Origin: Peribolospora baueri
Taxonomy: Eukaryota
Direction of reading: 5' to 3'
Length of the DNA stretch: 64,000 nucleotides
Assembly: GCA_029717555.1 (NCBI GenBank)
Contig: JAMDHS010000029.1
Coordinates: 124,001-188,000, forward strand
The notes under the pieces were generated by a model. It ran no database searches, was not told the DNA's origin, and worked only from the letters and a program-made list of their open reading frames with translations. Both the position numbers and the translations under genes were made by a program. Each line of letters starts with the position of its first letter. The first letter of the stretch is position 1. This document shows, one piece after another, positions 24,908 to 36,695 of the stretch.

Positions 24908-27294
24908 ATGGACGTCGACGAGGAAGCCGCTCGCCAGACCTTCTTCCCTCGACGGCCCTCCCTCGCCTCCTCTTCCTCTTCCGCGCCCTCCTTCTCGACC
25001 GCCAGCACCAGCGCCCCCACCAGCGCCCCCGCCAGACCTCCTCCCTTCCGCCGGCCGTCGCTGCCCGCGCTCTCGCCGGGCTCGGGCTCGGCTTCTGCCT
25101 CGTCGCGCGGCGCGTCGCCGCAGCACCCGTCGACGACCACGCCGACGACTCACCACCTCGGCTCGCAACATCAAGGCCAACACCACCATCTTCACCCCAC
25201 CAACCATCCTTCCCTTCACCACACCCCGCCCCCGCCTACCTCCCTCCATCCCACCCCCTCTTCCTCCTCCGACGACCAGCACCAGCACCACCTCTTCCCT
25301 TACGCAAACCCTCACAACCCAAACCCCTTCGCGCCCCTCCCCCCGCTCGAACCCTCCGAGGAGCACCGCCAGTCCTCCTTCCCCCCTCATCCCAACAGCC
25401 GTAGAGGATCGACGGACCCCCTCTTGCACGCCTCCCTCGCCTCTGCAGCCGCCGCGGCAGCAGCAGCAGCAACACCGGCAACAACACCGACAACAACGGT
25501 ACCAACGGCGGCAACACCGACAGCCAACTCGACCGGCTCGGCTTCTTCGCGTATGGGTTCGCCGCCGAACGACTTTGGTCCCTCTTCCAGGCGCCCATCC
25601 ATCCATCCCTTCACTGATATGCGACCCGCCAGCGCGAGTGCGAGCACGAGCGCGAGCGGGAATGGGAGCGCGGCCGGAGATGCGGTGAAAGAGGAGAACG
25701 CGCAACGACAGCAGCACCAGCATCAGCAACAACAGCACCAGCAACAGCAGCAACAGCACGACCACACCCTTCCGCCCCTGCAGAACACCCTCAAGCGCAA
25801 GACTTCGGCCACCGACGACCCCATGGATGGTGGCTTCTCCACCGCTGGCGCCGGAGCCGGAGCCGACGCACCCCCCCGATCGCCCGTAGCCCACCCTTCC
25901 TCTCATTCACAGCCGCCGCCGCCCGGTTACGCTCACGAAGACGCCGGCAACAACGGCTTTGCCTCCTCCTCATCCTCCTTCACCTACCCCACCGCCGACT
26001 CGACCATGCCCCCCGCCAAACGTCGTGGCTCTGCGTACGACCTTTCTCTCTCTTCCCCCTCCGCCCACGCCCACCTTGCCGCCAAGTTCGGTTCCAACGC
26101 CGTGGCCAACTTTGTGGACCAGAGACGCGATTCGACTGAGAGCATCACCCGCGTCCTCGGCACCACCGGCTTGGACGCCTTGGGCAGGAAGCCCGGCGCC
26201 CACGCCGATCCCAACCTCTTCGGCGATGCCAACCCTTTTCCTGGCTTCTCCAGGCCCAGCACCTCTTCCGGCTCTGGCGATCCTTCGCATCCGCATGGAC
26301 ACGACCCGCGCTATGCCGGCATGGACGGCACCGACGAAGGCGACAACAAGCTTCCCGAGGGCTCACGGGCCGTCGGCGGAGCGCCCCCCTCCGGCTTCCC
26401 CTCCCTCCTCGCCTCCTCCGGTGACCCTTCCACTTCCGCCAACTCGGGCGCCGCCGGCGAGCCGGGGCCTTCTGGCCGGTCTCCCTTCGGTACCCCCTCC
26501 TCTTCCACCGCCGTCCCGCCCGAAGGCCTCCTCACGCCCTCACAACAACAGCTCAAAGAGACGCCCTACTCGCGCTCGCCTGAACTGAGGGTGAGCCACA
26601 AGCTGGCGGAGCGCAAACGGAGGAAGGAGATGAAAGACCTCTTCGACGAGCTCAGGGATCATTTGCCCGTTGAAAGGGGGCCCAAGACGAGCAAGTGGGA
26701 GATTCTCAGCAAGGGTGCGTCGCGTCGCATGCCACGCGCGTAAATGCCTCGCTCACTCATCGATCGGCCTTCGCTTCCTCCCCTACAGCCATCGACCACG
26801 TCGCTCAACTCCAACAAGACAACGCGGCCATGGCGCGAGAGCTCGACCTTCTCCATCAAGAGGTCAACGCCTACCGATCCGGCAACCCTCCGCCACCGCG
26901 GGCGCAGGGTCCACCGGTGCCACCGCCCCATCAGCAGCAGCCGCCATCCGCGCCCCCCGTCGCGCCGCCCCTCGGCGGACCGCACCAGCCGCCACCGCCA
27001 CAGGGTTCGCCATCGTCGGCGGCGCACCCGCACCTCGGCTACGCCAGCGCATTCAACGTCGCCCTGCCGCCCGGCGTGAGCCTGCCGATGGGATATCCGG
27101 CCATGCCTGCCACGGCGACCATGCCTGGCGCACAGCCTGCTGCGACATCGCAGCAAGGACCACCGCCGCCACCACCACCACAGCAGCAACAACAACAACA
27201 GCCGCCGCTGCCGTCGTCGTCGTCATCTCAACCGGGCATGTCCCCGCAGGACTTGCAAGCCAGGCAGGCGCAGCAGGGCAATCAGGGGCGTTGA
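24908..27294 (+). CDS. bHLH transcription factor, Esc1/DevR-like, with long low-complexity His/Gln/Ser/Pro regions
   Basis: [34 protein letters not shown]...[18 protein letters not shown]; one intron at about 26715-26788. Confidence 0.88.
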
Positions 27295-28997
27295 TGCGTT
27301 GCAGTGCGGTGCGGAATGGGAGGGACGGCAGAGGAGACGAGAACGCAGGTGGCGTTTCTCATCAGCCTCGAGGGGGCCGAGCGGGCGGAGTGTGCAGGAC
27401 AGCGGGGCGGTGGATGGATGATGGATGAGTGGATGGCGGTCGGTGGTTGCCATTCGCGACCGCCAGTCTTCCTTCCTTTCTTCCGTCTTCCGCCTCCCTT
27501 CCATCTGTTCCGCCTTTCTTTCCCGCCCACAAGGCCCCCTTTGCAAGCGTCTACGAGACGCTCATTCTTTCAACTTTTCGTGCTTCCTTCTACCTCTCCT
27601 TGAACCTTCGCCGTCGCCCTCGCGCCCGGCCGTCCCTCTACGTGGTCACCGCCCCTTTTAAGTCTTCTTTCCTTCCGTTTCTTCGCAGCTCGTCTTCCTT
27701 TGGTTCGTTTCACTTTGTCCCTTCGCCCCGCGTCCGACCGACGTCTTTTTCTCTTTTGTGTCCGCTCTCGTCGCATGCCTTTATCCCTGCCCTGCACTCC
27801 CGCGTCCGTTTCTCCTGTCCGTCGCTCGTCGTTCCGTTTGCATCTACCGCTCCTCCGTCTCCTTCCTTCTTGCCGTCATCCCCGGTTTTCCCCCCTCCCC
27901 TTACCCCGGACGCCGGTCTCATGCCCCTCTCTATTCGACCTCTTTTTCGCTATCTGGCGTCTATCCCCTTCTCTTCCGCTCGTCGGCCACCTACCTCTTT
28001 TCATTTAGCCTTGCCCAGCTTAGCCCAGCCCAGCGAGTACTTATTTACCTACTCTCCGTCCTCCGCCTTCTTTCTTCCTTCCTTCCTTTCTTCCCTCTAT
28101 CCGTCGGCTCTTGCCCCGATTTGTAAGCTACCTTCCCCCCCCCCCCGATGCGCCCCTTCCCTCCCTCCGCTCTGCCTGCTGACCGTTCTTACATCAAAAA
28201 GCGCCCTGGGGAGGGGGCGGCGGCGGGGGTCCGCGTTCCCGTTCGCGTTTTGCGTTTGCGTTCGCGTTTGCGTTCGCGTTTATTTCCTGCTCCCATCCCA
28301 TCCTGGCGGTCCCGTGGATCCCAGTCGAGATTACTCGTCTCCTCCTCTCGACTCCGTCCTTCGCCCTATCTCGCCGATCCCATCCTCTCCCTCGGCCGTT
28401 GCCGCCCCCCTCCTTTGCCTCGCTTTGCCTTGCCTTGCCTTGCTTCGGGGAGGGGGGGAGAGGGAAGGGGAGGGCAGGAAGACGATTCCGTCGGCTCGGC
28501 TCGAAAGGGTGTACGACCGCTCTCCTGACCGATTAGAGGCGAAAGAGAAGCTCGCTCGCTTGCTCGTTCGACGCGTTCCATGGTCATGGTCGTCGTCTCG
28601 ATCAATCGAAAAAATGTCTTTTTTTTTTTCGGCTTGCCCCACCGCTGTGCTGTGCTGTACGCCGTGTCGTTCGTGTCGTTGTTGTGGGCCGTGTGCGAAA
28701 AGGAGTCGAGGTGGATCAGATCATCAAGGTTGGGTTGGTGAGGCGCGAGGCGAGATTGCCTCGCTCTCCCCCCCTCGCGGCTAGGCCGGTGTGTGTGTGT
28801 GTGTGTATGTGATGATGGAATGAGATTGCACGATAGAGAGAGTAGAGTGTGTAGTGTATAGTACAGCTGGCGCCGTGCGTATGGCGAGCACCGCCATTCG
28901 AAGAGAGAAGAAGGACGATGGGCAGGTGTGGAAATATCCGAGTATTGGAGATCGTCCCATCCCGTCCGGTCCCGTCCGTCTGCCTCGCTCTTCTTCA

Positions 28998-31555
28998 TCA
29001 TCCCGACCGCTCGTTCTTGCCCGACGGAGTGGAAGGAGGCCGTGGTGGTGCGTTGTAGTCGTCGTCGTCGTCGCCCACTTGCCCCTTACCGCCACTCTCG
29101 CCGCGCCGAGGCCCTCGCTCTGTCGACCGCGTCGACCGCGAGCCCGAATCCGAGCCCGAGCTGGAGTCCCTCGGCCCGCGTCCGCTCGTGAGCGTCAGCT
29201 CGGCGTCCAGGTCGATCTCGTCCGCGCCGGCGCTGCCACTGCCCCGGCTGTGGCCGCGGCCCTCTGGATCGAGGTGACCGTGATCGTAATCACCGTCGTC
29301 ATCATTCACCGGATACTCCTTCTCCACCCAAACCGGATTTCGACCTTCCTTGTGTGCCTTGGCAAAAATGTCGTCCAGCTCTTCGAGACCGCGGCCTTTT
29401 GTCTCTGGGAAGAAGAAGTAGATGATGGGGATGAAGGCGAGGTTGGTGCCCCTGTTCGGTCATGTCCGTGAGAAGAAAAGGAGGAGCAATAAAGAGGAAA
29501 AGGAAGAGAGCGCGTGCGTGTGTGTGTGGCCGGTCGTGTCGTCAGCTCTCAGCGACCTATCCCTTGCCGCCGCGCCCTTCTCTTTCCGACGCCCCTCTAC
29601 TCACATGAAGATGACATAGGTGTAGTACGTGATCTTTTTGATGCAGATCGGTGCGATCTGGACAATGAGATAGTTGAAGATCTGCGACAACGGCGGGCGC
29701 AGGAGGTGAGTAAAAAAAAACAACATGTGGGGCAAAACAACGTCCTACTCACCCAGTTGGCAGAAGCAGAGATGGCGTTGGCCGGCGCTCGGATCCTCAG
29801 AGGCGTCACCTCTGCGGGATAGAGCCAGGTGACGCCAAGCCATCCGATGGCAAAAAAGGTATTGTAGACGAACAGAAACACGGCAGCCCCGACGGCGAGG
29901 TTGGACTTGCCCGTCGAGAGGAGACCGGTGATGCACGCCAGCGAGACGATCATGCCCATGCTGCCGAAGATCATCAGTCGACGGCGGCCGAGGCGATCGA
30001 CGATCCACAGAGCTGCGATGGCGGACGCGAAGTACTCTGTGCCGTTGGCAGCCGTGAGCGCTCGAGAGATCATGGGCGACGTGCCGATGCTGTTCTCGAA
30101 GACGGACGTGGCATAGTATGTAACGAGGTCTGCAAGGAGAGCACGAAACGGGTCAGCGTGCCGTGACCGATGGTTCGGTCGGTGGCCATGATCGTCCCAA
30201 GCTGAAAAGACCGCTCACTGATCCCGCCAAGTTGCTGGAAAGCTTGACTCAAAAAGCTCACGCTAGCTCTCCAAAGATTCATCGTGGGCCCGTTTCGGAA
30301 GAGCTCGGACAGTCTGAAAGGCCCGTCTCCGACTTGGGCCTTGATCGAGTCGTGTATCGTTTTGACCTCTGCTTTCACCCATCTGCTCTCCCGTGTCCCG
30401 TTCCGGAGCCGACAGACGACTTCGACCGCTTCGTCGATAAAGCCGTGAAGGAGGAGCCAACGTGGAGATTCGGGAACTGTGAGAGACGAGCGCGTAGCAC
30501 CGGGTATCAGTCGGTCGGTCAGTCAGTCAGAGCTCCGTCCATGCCTCGTCCCGAAAACATTCATGTACCCACGCAGCCACGCGCCGAAAACCATGCTGAC
30601 AGCAAAGACGATCTGCAAGGCGATGGGGAAGCGCCATTGGAAGGATGTCTTGGAATAGAACCAGAGTCCGAAGTTCTGCGATTAACCCCGAAGAAGGCGG
30701 GGAGGGTGTCGGTCAAACATGCGATGCAAAGCCGAACCCCTAGAGGAGAGCTGCCGGTCCGCTCTTCCTCTGTATCCCCGCCGATAAGAAAGGAGGGGCT
30801 GCTTACGAGCCAGTACGAAATCATGATGCCGCAGGTGATGAGAGCTCCCTCGAAGAGGACGAAGAAGCCCCTGCGCTTGGGGTGCGCCATTTCGGCCTGC
30901 CAGACGGGGATCGTGGAGGTATTGATGCCGTTCCCCATACCGGCGACTATGCGGCCCACAATCAAGTGACCCAGCGTTGAGGCCGTAGTCTGCACTGTTG
31001 GTCAGGGGTGGTGGGATGGATGGCGGCAGAAAAGAGGGGAAACAGAAACAAGGGCGATGTGAGTCCGGGGATTCGACAACAAGACGAACCTCGATAGGCG
31101 GAGGAGAGCAGACGCACGGATAGCGCCCACGATCATGATCAAGCCGCCGATCATGATGTTTTTCCTCCTGCCCAGCTTATCACCGAAGAAGACGATAAAG
31201 ATGCTGCCGAGGAAGGCGCCCAGCTCGTACACGGCCACGACGAACGCCTGGATCGCTCCGTCCTTGTAGTTCTCATCCATATCGGGGAACGTGCGGACGA
31301 ACAGGGGTTCGGTAATCTGCGACGTGAGGATGCAGTGGGAGAGCAAAGAGGAAGAATAGATAGAAAGAGTGGGGTCGATGTGAGATTGAGACCTCGCGGC
31401 GTCCCCGTTCCTCTCGCTCTACTCACAATCCCGCTCATGACGCCCTGGTCATAGCCGAAGAGCAAGAATCCGACGCCGGCTGCGACGACAATGGCAGCCT
31501 CAAGCGCGATCCCGCGCACGTCGACCATGCCCGTGTGCCTTCCGAGAAGGTTCAT
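28998..31555 (-). CDS. MFS sugar porter (Stl1-like sugar/polyol:H+ symporter)
   Basis: FLLFGYDQGVMSG, GDKLGRRK, GRIVAGMGNGINTSTIPVWQAE, FQQLGGI, VDRLGRRRL, WLYPAEVTPLRIRA, FPETKGRGLEELD; multiple introns. Confidence 0.93.
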
Positions 31556-32323
31556 GGCGAAGATGGCCTTGCGGCTGCCTGGATGACCGCTCTGGAAGGA
31601 GATGGTCGTCGACGGTCTACCAAAGAGGGCTGCAAGACAACGCAGTTGGTCTATCCTATACAACGGATAGAGAGAAGCAAGTGAGGGGGCAACGAAAGGA
31701 GCGGTGGCGATGTTGATGTCGCAGTCTGGATAAAAGTCAATATATGTGTCCTCCCAGCCATCTCTCTCGGCTTGTCATCTACCTGGGTCGGGCGCGGAAG
31801 GAACGGCTGTGTTGTCAGACACCGCGGCATCTTCTCCGACCGTGCTGGCGTTTGCGAAGATGAGGGAAGCGACTGATGGACGATCTCTCTCTCTCTCTCA
31901 TCTTCGCCTCTGCCCACCGTTTGCCTTGTGGAGGTCCTCCGGGAGAGAGGAGAGACGGAAGGTGAAGAGCTATGAGATCATGTCCGCCGCTGTTGGCCCG
32001 GAAGGAGAACGCACGCGCCTATCGGATTCCGGTCGGACCCCGCCCGGGTTGCCGCAGTCCGGGGCACGGTGTCTAGGACGCCGGGCCGGTGACGTCGTGT
32101 CTGCCTTCTGTCTTGTCTCGCTCTGTCTGGCCTGAGCCGATCGACGTCTAAGGCTCGAGGAGGGAGGTGCTCCCCATTCACGGCCCATTCTCGCTCTCGG
32201 TCGTCGTGGCCCAAATATCTTTAAAATAGAAACTCGTCCGAGGGCGACGAGCACGGACGTGGCCACAGCTACCGCTGCGGACGAGCTCGACAAGCCGTCC
32301 ATAACACAATGATCCTGCACTTC

Positions 32324-32542
32324 TGTAACGGTCGCCGCCCTTGCGGCCGTGAACGCCTCGCCGTAACGGCCAGCTATTGCCGCGGTTGTGATCGCCTCGT
32401 GTCGGGGCGTTGTAACCCTAGTCCTGGAAGCGCTATGAAAATCTCTTCTCTTTGTTCTCTCTCTCTCCTGTACGTTCAACTGTTGCTGAATCCAAAGCGA
32501 TCTCCAGCGACTTGTGCGTCTCGTAGCCGCACGACGGTTACA
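32324..32542 (+). mobile_element. Solo LTR (219 bp) with a 5-bp target-site duplication
   Basis: Ends TGTAACGGTCG...CGACGGTTACA (11-bp TIR, one mismatch), flanked by ACTTC at 32319-32323 and 32543-32547. Confidence 0.85.
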
Positions 32543-32879
32543 ACTTCCAGGACGGTCCATGGGCCGCTGTTCCAGATAAGGAAGATCGTGTGGCCGGGGT
32601 GAGTGCGGAGGTGAGAAGTATGAACGCTGTGTCGCCGACCTTGACGGTGGGCAGAGGATCATGGCGGGCATCGTATTAGAGCCGCGGGTGCGTCGAAGCG
32701 GGGAATGTCGTCGGCCCGGATACGCAGTGCCGTCGAGTGAGAGGCCTCGCGGTTGTCCATCGGCAGGGTCGGTCTTGGACTGGTCGGTCTTGGACTGATC
32801 TGCCTTCGTAGTGCTGGTGTAGTAGACGGGATCATCTTCATCGTCCAAGAGGCGACCGGCATCATGATAGGCCGGCCGG

Positions 32880-34160
32880 CGCTCTGTAACGGTGCCAACT
32901 AGGTGAATCGTGGAAAAAGAGATGGATTGCTCATAATTGGTGTGGGCCCGCGTGGTCCTTTCTGTCCTCCAGCTGTCCCTACTCAGGCAGCTTGTACACT
33001 CAGCTGTACCTGTGTCTGACCCTGAGAGGGGCCGATCACATTACATATTGACGATCACACATGGACGGTGAATGCGTAAGAGACCTTTTCTTGACCCTCC
33101 TTCGCTCCGCCGTCGTCTCTTTTGCCTGACCAGCAGTTCGCCTTCTTGTGCCCAACCTTTCGGCAGTTGTAACACTTGTACGGAAACTTCCTGTCCTCCT
33201 TGCGGTGCGTCCTGCTTCAGTACTTGATGGGCTTTTCTCGGCGCTCGTATTCTGACCTCGTCGCTATTACCGCACTGTGCCCGACTTTCATGTCTGGTGC
33301 CTCTCCAGCGAGTCTATTTCGATGATAGTGTCGATGACCGTTGACGATTGGAGTCCTCCCCCCAGATCTCCGCGCAGACTCAGTTCACCATCGGATACAA
33401 CTCCTGTATCTTGATGAGCAGAAGATAAGCGAAGTCTTCATCCGACTGTTCTCCTCCGAGCAAGTTGAGTTGCCCATGGAATCGCTGGGCTCGGTCGAAG
33501 AATTTCCATATAGGCTCGTTGTTCTACCCTGAGGTTTTGAAGCTCTCTCTGCACCCGGGACCGGTGAGTGCGAAGCTTCACTGCGTGGATGTCCTTGAGC
33601 TTCTCCCAAAGCGCCCGAAGATTGTCCACTCCAACAGTGTATGGATACTGGCTAGGGTCCAGCATGAGCGTAATTGCTGACTTGGCCATCGTGCGCTTCT
33701 TCTCTTGCCTCCAGGCGTCCTTCTTCTTGACATCGTCGGTGGAGGTCTTCTATATTCTCCGGATCGACAACGTCCCAGAGGTCCGACATCACGAGTGCCG
33801 CCTGTGCTCCGAAGCGCCATGTGTAGTAGTTGTTCTCGGTGAGGTTGGGAACACTCTGAATCACGGTCATGTCCACCCATGGCACGGTGGTGAAGATTTG
33901 CTCAATGTCGGACATGATGGCGAGTGGTGATGCTGATATGTTCTGGTTCGGGGGGGAGACTCAAGAGGTTGGGCTTATAACCTGTTAGGGGACTCTTACA
34001 TAATTCCCTCTCGAATGAAGTAGAAACTTTGTATTCTATACATAAGAGTGTGATTTGGACTATGACTTGAGAGGATAACGTGCACTGTATGTGAAATCAC
34101 AAGAGTAGTCGAACGAGCACAAGAGGGACATGGCTTCACGTGACGTCACGTGCTGCCACT
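32880..34160 (-). mobile_element. Degenerate Ty1/copia retrotransposon: 5' LTR remnant, PBS, frameshifted gag with zinc knuckle and protease relic
   Basis: On the minus strand the LTR end ...CTAACA (33983) is followed by the PBS GGTTATAAGCCC (33982-33971). gag from ATG 33915 gives PNLTENNYYTWRF...LWDVVD and ALWEKLKDIH in different frames. The CCHC knuckle CYNCRKVGHKKANC lies at 33121-33180, and a decayed W..DSG.T.H-like stretch (SWRTERTTRAH) at about 32940-32980. The outer LTR boundary is approximate. Confidence 0.85.
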
Positions 34161-34171
34161 TTGCTGGGGGG

Positions 34172-34393
34172 TGAACTGCGTTTTGTGCCTTTGGGGCCGT
34201 GATTGCCTGTGTTGGAGATTGGCGGCGACGAGCATCGTGGTTACGCGGCTGAAAGCGGACATGATCATGTAGGCAACTGTAACTGTTACTGCGGCCTAGT
34301 ACTGCCGTTTTCCTCCCTACCTCTGCGGTTTTCCTTTTTGTATGCTCTTATTTGCAGCGACCTCGTGCCGTCTCGTAGCCGCACTCGGTTACA
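34172..34393 (+). mobile_element. Diverged sister copy of the 32324-32542 LTR, preceded by a PPT-like G run
   Basis: Shares GCGAC..GTGC(C)GTCTCGTAGCCGCAC..CGGTTACA at the 3' end and CCTT.G.GGCCGTGA..GCCT near the 5' end. Similar length (~220 bp), GGGGGG immediately upstream, no TSD. Confidence 0.65.
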
Positions 34394-34963
34394 GTGCCCC
34401 TTGGCATCGCTGCACCCCGAGGTCCCACTGGAGCTCAGCCCCACCTACGTGGGGAATAAGCACCTTTGGGTTCCGCTCGGCTTAAGGGGCGCTCAGTATG
34501 TAGTCCATCTTCTCATCTTCTGCACCACATGCTTCTCCGCAATTGTACATCCCAAAAACACTTGTCCATGGGCACTGCTACTACATCGGTTTTCATTTAG
34601 GTTGTTGGGTACTAAATTGCTCCTGCGCTCCCCTGGTTCTCTTCGCGCGCCGCCACCCCTGACAGAGCGACTCCCTACCCACCCTCTAGGAACCGCTCTT
34701 TAAGGAGGAGAGAGAACGCGGTGGTTAGGTATCGAAATACTGCCCTACTCAGGGCCGACGGTGATACAGCGTCAAGTTTTCTTGACCTGGCGAAGGCTTG
34801 GACGAGGAAGCGGTTTGAACAGACGTGCGCGTACAGTATAGTAGGTACGGTACTGTACATGACGGAGGACGAGGTTGAGATGGACTACAAAACGGAAAGA
34901 GCCTGGAAACATCCTACGCCATTTCTTCTTTTCATTTCGTCGACAGGCGCTGGGGGGCTCCAG

Positions 34964-35481
34964 TCAATGGTGCGGAGGCGGAACATCCTCGCCGGCGGCC
35001 GCACCAGGAGGGGGGGGCGCTTGACCGCTGTGAACGGAGACTGGTCGAGAGCCGGCCGAGGGAGAGCGTTCCCTTCGGCGGCCCTTGCGCTCCAGACCTA
35101 CTTTTCCGGCGAGCTGAGAGGGCGAGGGGTTGGAGGTGGAAGAGGGAAGGGGGAAGAGAGATGAGTGTGGGACGACTGCGAGCCGATGGTAAACCGGTAA
35201 AGAAGAAGGAGGAGGAGGAAGAAAGAAGGGCACCGTCGGCCGCTCACCTTCTCCGCGACGCCCTTAATCTTCTCCGTCAAAAAGCCGACCCTGATGCCCC
35301 TCCTGTGCGCCGTCGGAGGAGGCTGCTCCTCTCCCTCGCCTCTCCTCTCGGCGCCAGGCTGATGCTCCTCCTCCCGCCAACGCCGTTCTTGCTCTGGCTC
35401 GTCCAGTCCGGGCCCTCCGGCGCCCGCAGCGGGCGCGTCTCGTGGGCCCGTCGGCTCGTCGTGCATCCCGTGGCTCTCCAT
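34964..35481 (-). CDS. Small hydrophilic protein, possibly CsbD-like/stress-induced
   Basis: MESHGMHDE...FLTEKIKGVAEK|LAGKVGLERKG...PPPHH*. One GT-AG intron joins ORFs 35098..35481 and 34964..35233 in frame. Confidence 0.5.
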
Positions 35482-36354
35482 GCCCGGAGCGGGGCCGCTC
35501 AGTGCGGCGCTGCGGCGTCTGAATGTGAGAAGGCGGGGATTGGACAGGGAATGAAAGAAATGAGAGAAGGAACGACGCGAGTCGGCCGTTTTCCTTCTTC
35601 GCGCTCGCTCGATCGCTCACCGCTCACTGGAAGACGCAGAAGGGGAGGAACGCTGGGACATGAGGTGGTCAGTGAATAAAAATGGGAGAGAAAAAAGGAA
35701 GACGTGCTTTACGGAGGGGGGACGAAGAGAAGACGACGGTCGTCGGTCTTATTATGTGATGCGTCCCGTTGCCGTTCTGGCGCGTATCGCAGGCGCTGGA
35801 CCGCTCAGTCAGCAAGCGGTCGAGGAGGGCTTCCTTCGTCTGCGCGCGAGAGAAAGGGTCAGATAAGACGTCCGTGCGTCGCCTCGACGTCCGCCGGGAG
35901 TCCGCGCGGGCGACGAAAAGGGCGTGGGCATGGCGGTTGTTGTCGGTCGGTCCGACGGATGGAGGGCGAGGGAAGGGGAAGGATGGACAGGAACCTTACA
36001 GAGCTTCGCCACTAGAGCAACGATGTTCATTCTGCCATTGCACGTGGTTGGCCGTATTTCTTCCTCTACAGATCGTCCCTCCTTCTTCATCGTCGGTCCA
36101 ATCCCTTCCACCTCTCCGTTCGGCACCTTTTCCAGCGCGCGTGCAAATTCCGGTCCCGTCGAACGTCCGGAACTCCGGAACCCAGCCCGACAGCTAAGTA
36201 CGACGACCGTTGAGATCGATGGTGCAATGGACGTGCTAATTTGCTCGTCCCAGTCCGCGACCGTCATCTATCCATCTCACTACGCTTCTTATACTAACGC
36301 TCGTCTCATCTTGCTCACAGCGTCCCACGCCTTGCTCAGCAGATAAGGACTCAC

Positions 36355-36695
36355 CTTAAACAAGTCTTCGCTCTCTGCCCATGCTGTTAAATTGTTTTCT
36401 ACCTTCTTATCCTTCGCAGCGCCCCATATACTTGTTATGACCGCGGTGGCTTTCCGGTTGTGAGAGTTCGACGGATTCCATCCATATCTTCACCCGAGAT
36501 CCTCCTTCCCGCCCAACTGCTACCAGCTTTGAGTCCATGCTACTCGTCTTCCATTCATTTCCCAGTGCACGGGGGCATTTTGGCGGACCAGCTCTCCAGC
36601 CTTTTCGTCCTCCTCTTCTTTTCGAGATTCACTCGAGATGACCTCTTCATCCTACTTCAAGGCAGCCGCAATCGCGCTTTGTCTCCCTCCTCTCT
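36355..36695 (-). pseudogene. Decayed coding exon of unknown family
   Basis: A ~110-codon protein-like frame (SAIAAALK*DEEVISSESRKEEEDEKAGELVRQ...W*Q...G*R...AESEDLFK) with three internal stops, ending at a canonical AAG|GTGAGT donor. Confidence 0.3.

Noticed and set aside
24908..27294. bHLH gene next to VTC4 as Pho4 (a phosphate cluster)
   Set aside because: The basic region [14 protein letters not shown] matches Esc1/DevR-type proteins, not the Pho4 AEQ.RRNR type.
27429..28784. 451-aa ORF
   Set aside because: Pyrimidine-rich low-complexity 3' UTR or intergenic sequence that lacks stops for compositional reasons.
17600..28810. Short tandem repeats such as (GCAA)n, (AGATC)n, (TCCAG)n, (CGA)n and (GT)n as CRISPR-like arrays
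   Set aside because: Simple microsatellites without unique spacers, in a eukaryotic context.
31970..32848. 292-aa minus-strand ORF
   Set aside because: It reads through the solo LTR and has no recognisable domain.
32409..34398. Two copies of a 'spliced hairpin ncRNA' (TGTAAC...GTTACA stems with an apparent internal GT-AG intron)
   Set aside because: Better explained as LTRs: copy 1 has TG...CA ends with a perfect ACTTC TSD.
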